Positions 62,740 through 64,000 of a DNA stretch of 64,000 nucleotides are shown here, piece by piece. The notes below the pieces were generated by a model that did no database searches, had not been told where the DNA came from, and saw only the letters and a list, made by a program, of their open reading frames with translations. How positions within the stretch are numbered: the stretch's first letter is position 1; the number at the start of each line of letters is the position of its first letter. Made by a program: the position numbers and the translations under genes. This DNA is from Felis catus (lineage: Eukaryota), in contig NC_058368.1 in NCBI RefSeq assembly GCF_018350175.1, positions 110,858,001 to 110,922,000 of the forward strand, in the 5' to 3' direction.

Positions 62740-64000
62740 TGAATGGTAATAGAATAATAGGATATCTGATTGGGGAAATAATGAGCTTCAACCTCCATTA
62801 TATTCCATATGCAAAAATAATTTAAGATTAGATCTAAATCAATCAAATATTACTACTGTAAAACTTCTAGAAAATACATAGGAGAGTATCTTTGCAACTC
62901 TGGGGCAGGTAAAATTTATTTAGCTCATAGAAAGCACTAGCCATAAGAGAAAACATTGATAAGTTGGACTTCATCAAAATTCAACATTTCTACTCATCAA
63001 AAGATACCATTAGAAAGATGAATAGGCAGGGGCGCCTGGGTGGCTCAGCCGGTTAAGCATCGGACTTTTGATTTCAGCGCAGGTCGTGATCTCACATTCC
63101 AGCCCCACGCTGGGCTCTGCACTGACAGCACAAAGTCTGTTTGAGGTTCTCTCTCTCCTCTCTCTCTGCTCCTCCCCTGCTCATGCTCTCTCCAAAAAAA
63201 AAAATAATTAAAGGGGCGCCTGGGTGGCTCAGTCGGTTCAGCAACCGATTTCAGCTCAGGTCATGATCTCACGGTTTGTGAGTTCGAGCCCTACGTGGGG
63301 CTCTGTGCTGACAGATCAGAGCCTGGAGCCTGCTTTAGGTTCTGTGTCTCCCTTTCTCTCTGCCCCTCCCCCACTCATGTCTCTCTATCTCAGAAATAAA
63401 TAAACATAGATAGATAGATAGATAGATAGATAAATAAAATAATTAAACTTAAAAAAAGAAAGAAAGAAGGGGGCGCCCGAGGGGCTAAGTCAGTTAAGCA
63501 TCTGACTTCAGCTCAGGTGATAATCTCACAGTTCGTGGGTTTGAGCCCCGCGTCGGGCTCTGTGCTGACAGCTCAGAGCCTGGAGCCTGCTTTGGGTTTT
63601 GTGTCTCCCTCTTTCTCTGCTCCTCCCCTGCTCATGATCTGTCTTTCTCTCTACCTGTTAAAAATAAACATTAAAAAAAAATTAAAAAAAAAGAAAGATG
63701 AATAGGCAAGCTACATACTTATGTACTGGAAAAATGTTCTCTATCAATAAAGGATCTGTATTCAGAATACAGATCTCTGGTTAAAAAACCCTATAAGTTA
63801 ACAAAAAAGACAAAGAACACATTAAAAATGAACAGAAGTCTTCAATGGGCAACAAAAACACATTACAAATAGCCAAAAAGCATATGAAAAGGGACTCAGT
63901 CATTACTCATCAGAGAAATGCAAATTAAAACCCCAATGAAATACTACAACATCCCCCCTAAAATGGTTAAAAGAAGAGATGACAAGCCCAACATTGGTAA
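62740..64000 (+). mobile_element. Old L1M ORF2 remnant interrupted by three nested Can-SINEs (63029-63691) with a (GATA)n tract
   Basis: attgataagttggacttcatcaaaatt...aaatgcaaattaaaaccccaatgaaatac; outer TSD agaaagatgaataggca at 63012-63028 and 63692-63708. Confidence 0.8.

Noticed and set aside
52200..64000. Possible 3' exons of the syntenic neighbour CDKL3
   Set aside because: I could not find sequence encoding a CDKL3-like C-terminus; the region is mostly L1/L2/SINE. A tBLASTn would settle it.

Overview
Mammalian, non-prokaryotic DNA from a felid, most likely the domestic cat or a close relative, judged from dozens of tRNA-derived Can-SINEs including young SINEC_Fc-type copies. The window holds the complete 7-exon PPP2CA gene (PP2A catalytic subunit alpha) on the minus strand: ATG at 30015, stop at 6794, 930-nt CDS, 309 aa, all introns GT-AG. 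It also holds the multi-poly(A)-site 3' UTR and a CpG-island promoter (~29.6-31.1 kb). The remaining ~33 kb is repeat-rich upstream sequence (SINE, L1, L2, MIR, MLT1, MER) with no other protein-coding exon I can support. I see no evidence for a new gene system. The best leads are: a near-perfect 72-nt hairpin in intron 1; a CRE at about -240 lacking its central CpG; splice signals for a divergent antisense RNA; a run of phase-0 exons flanked by inverted SINEs; a miRNA-site cluster split by alternative polyadenylation; and several unusual retrotransposition scars. Repeat family names come from recognising consensus sequences by eye, and repeat boundaries are approximate.
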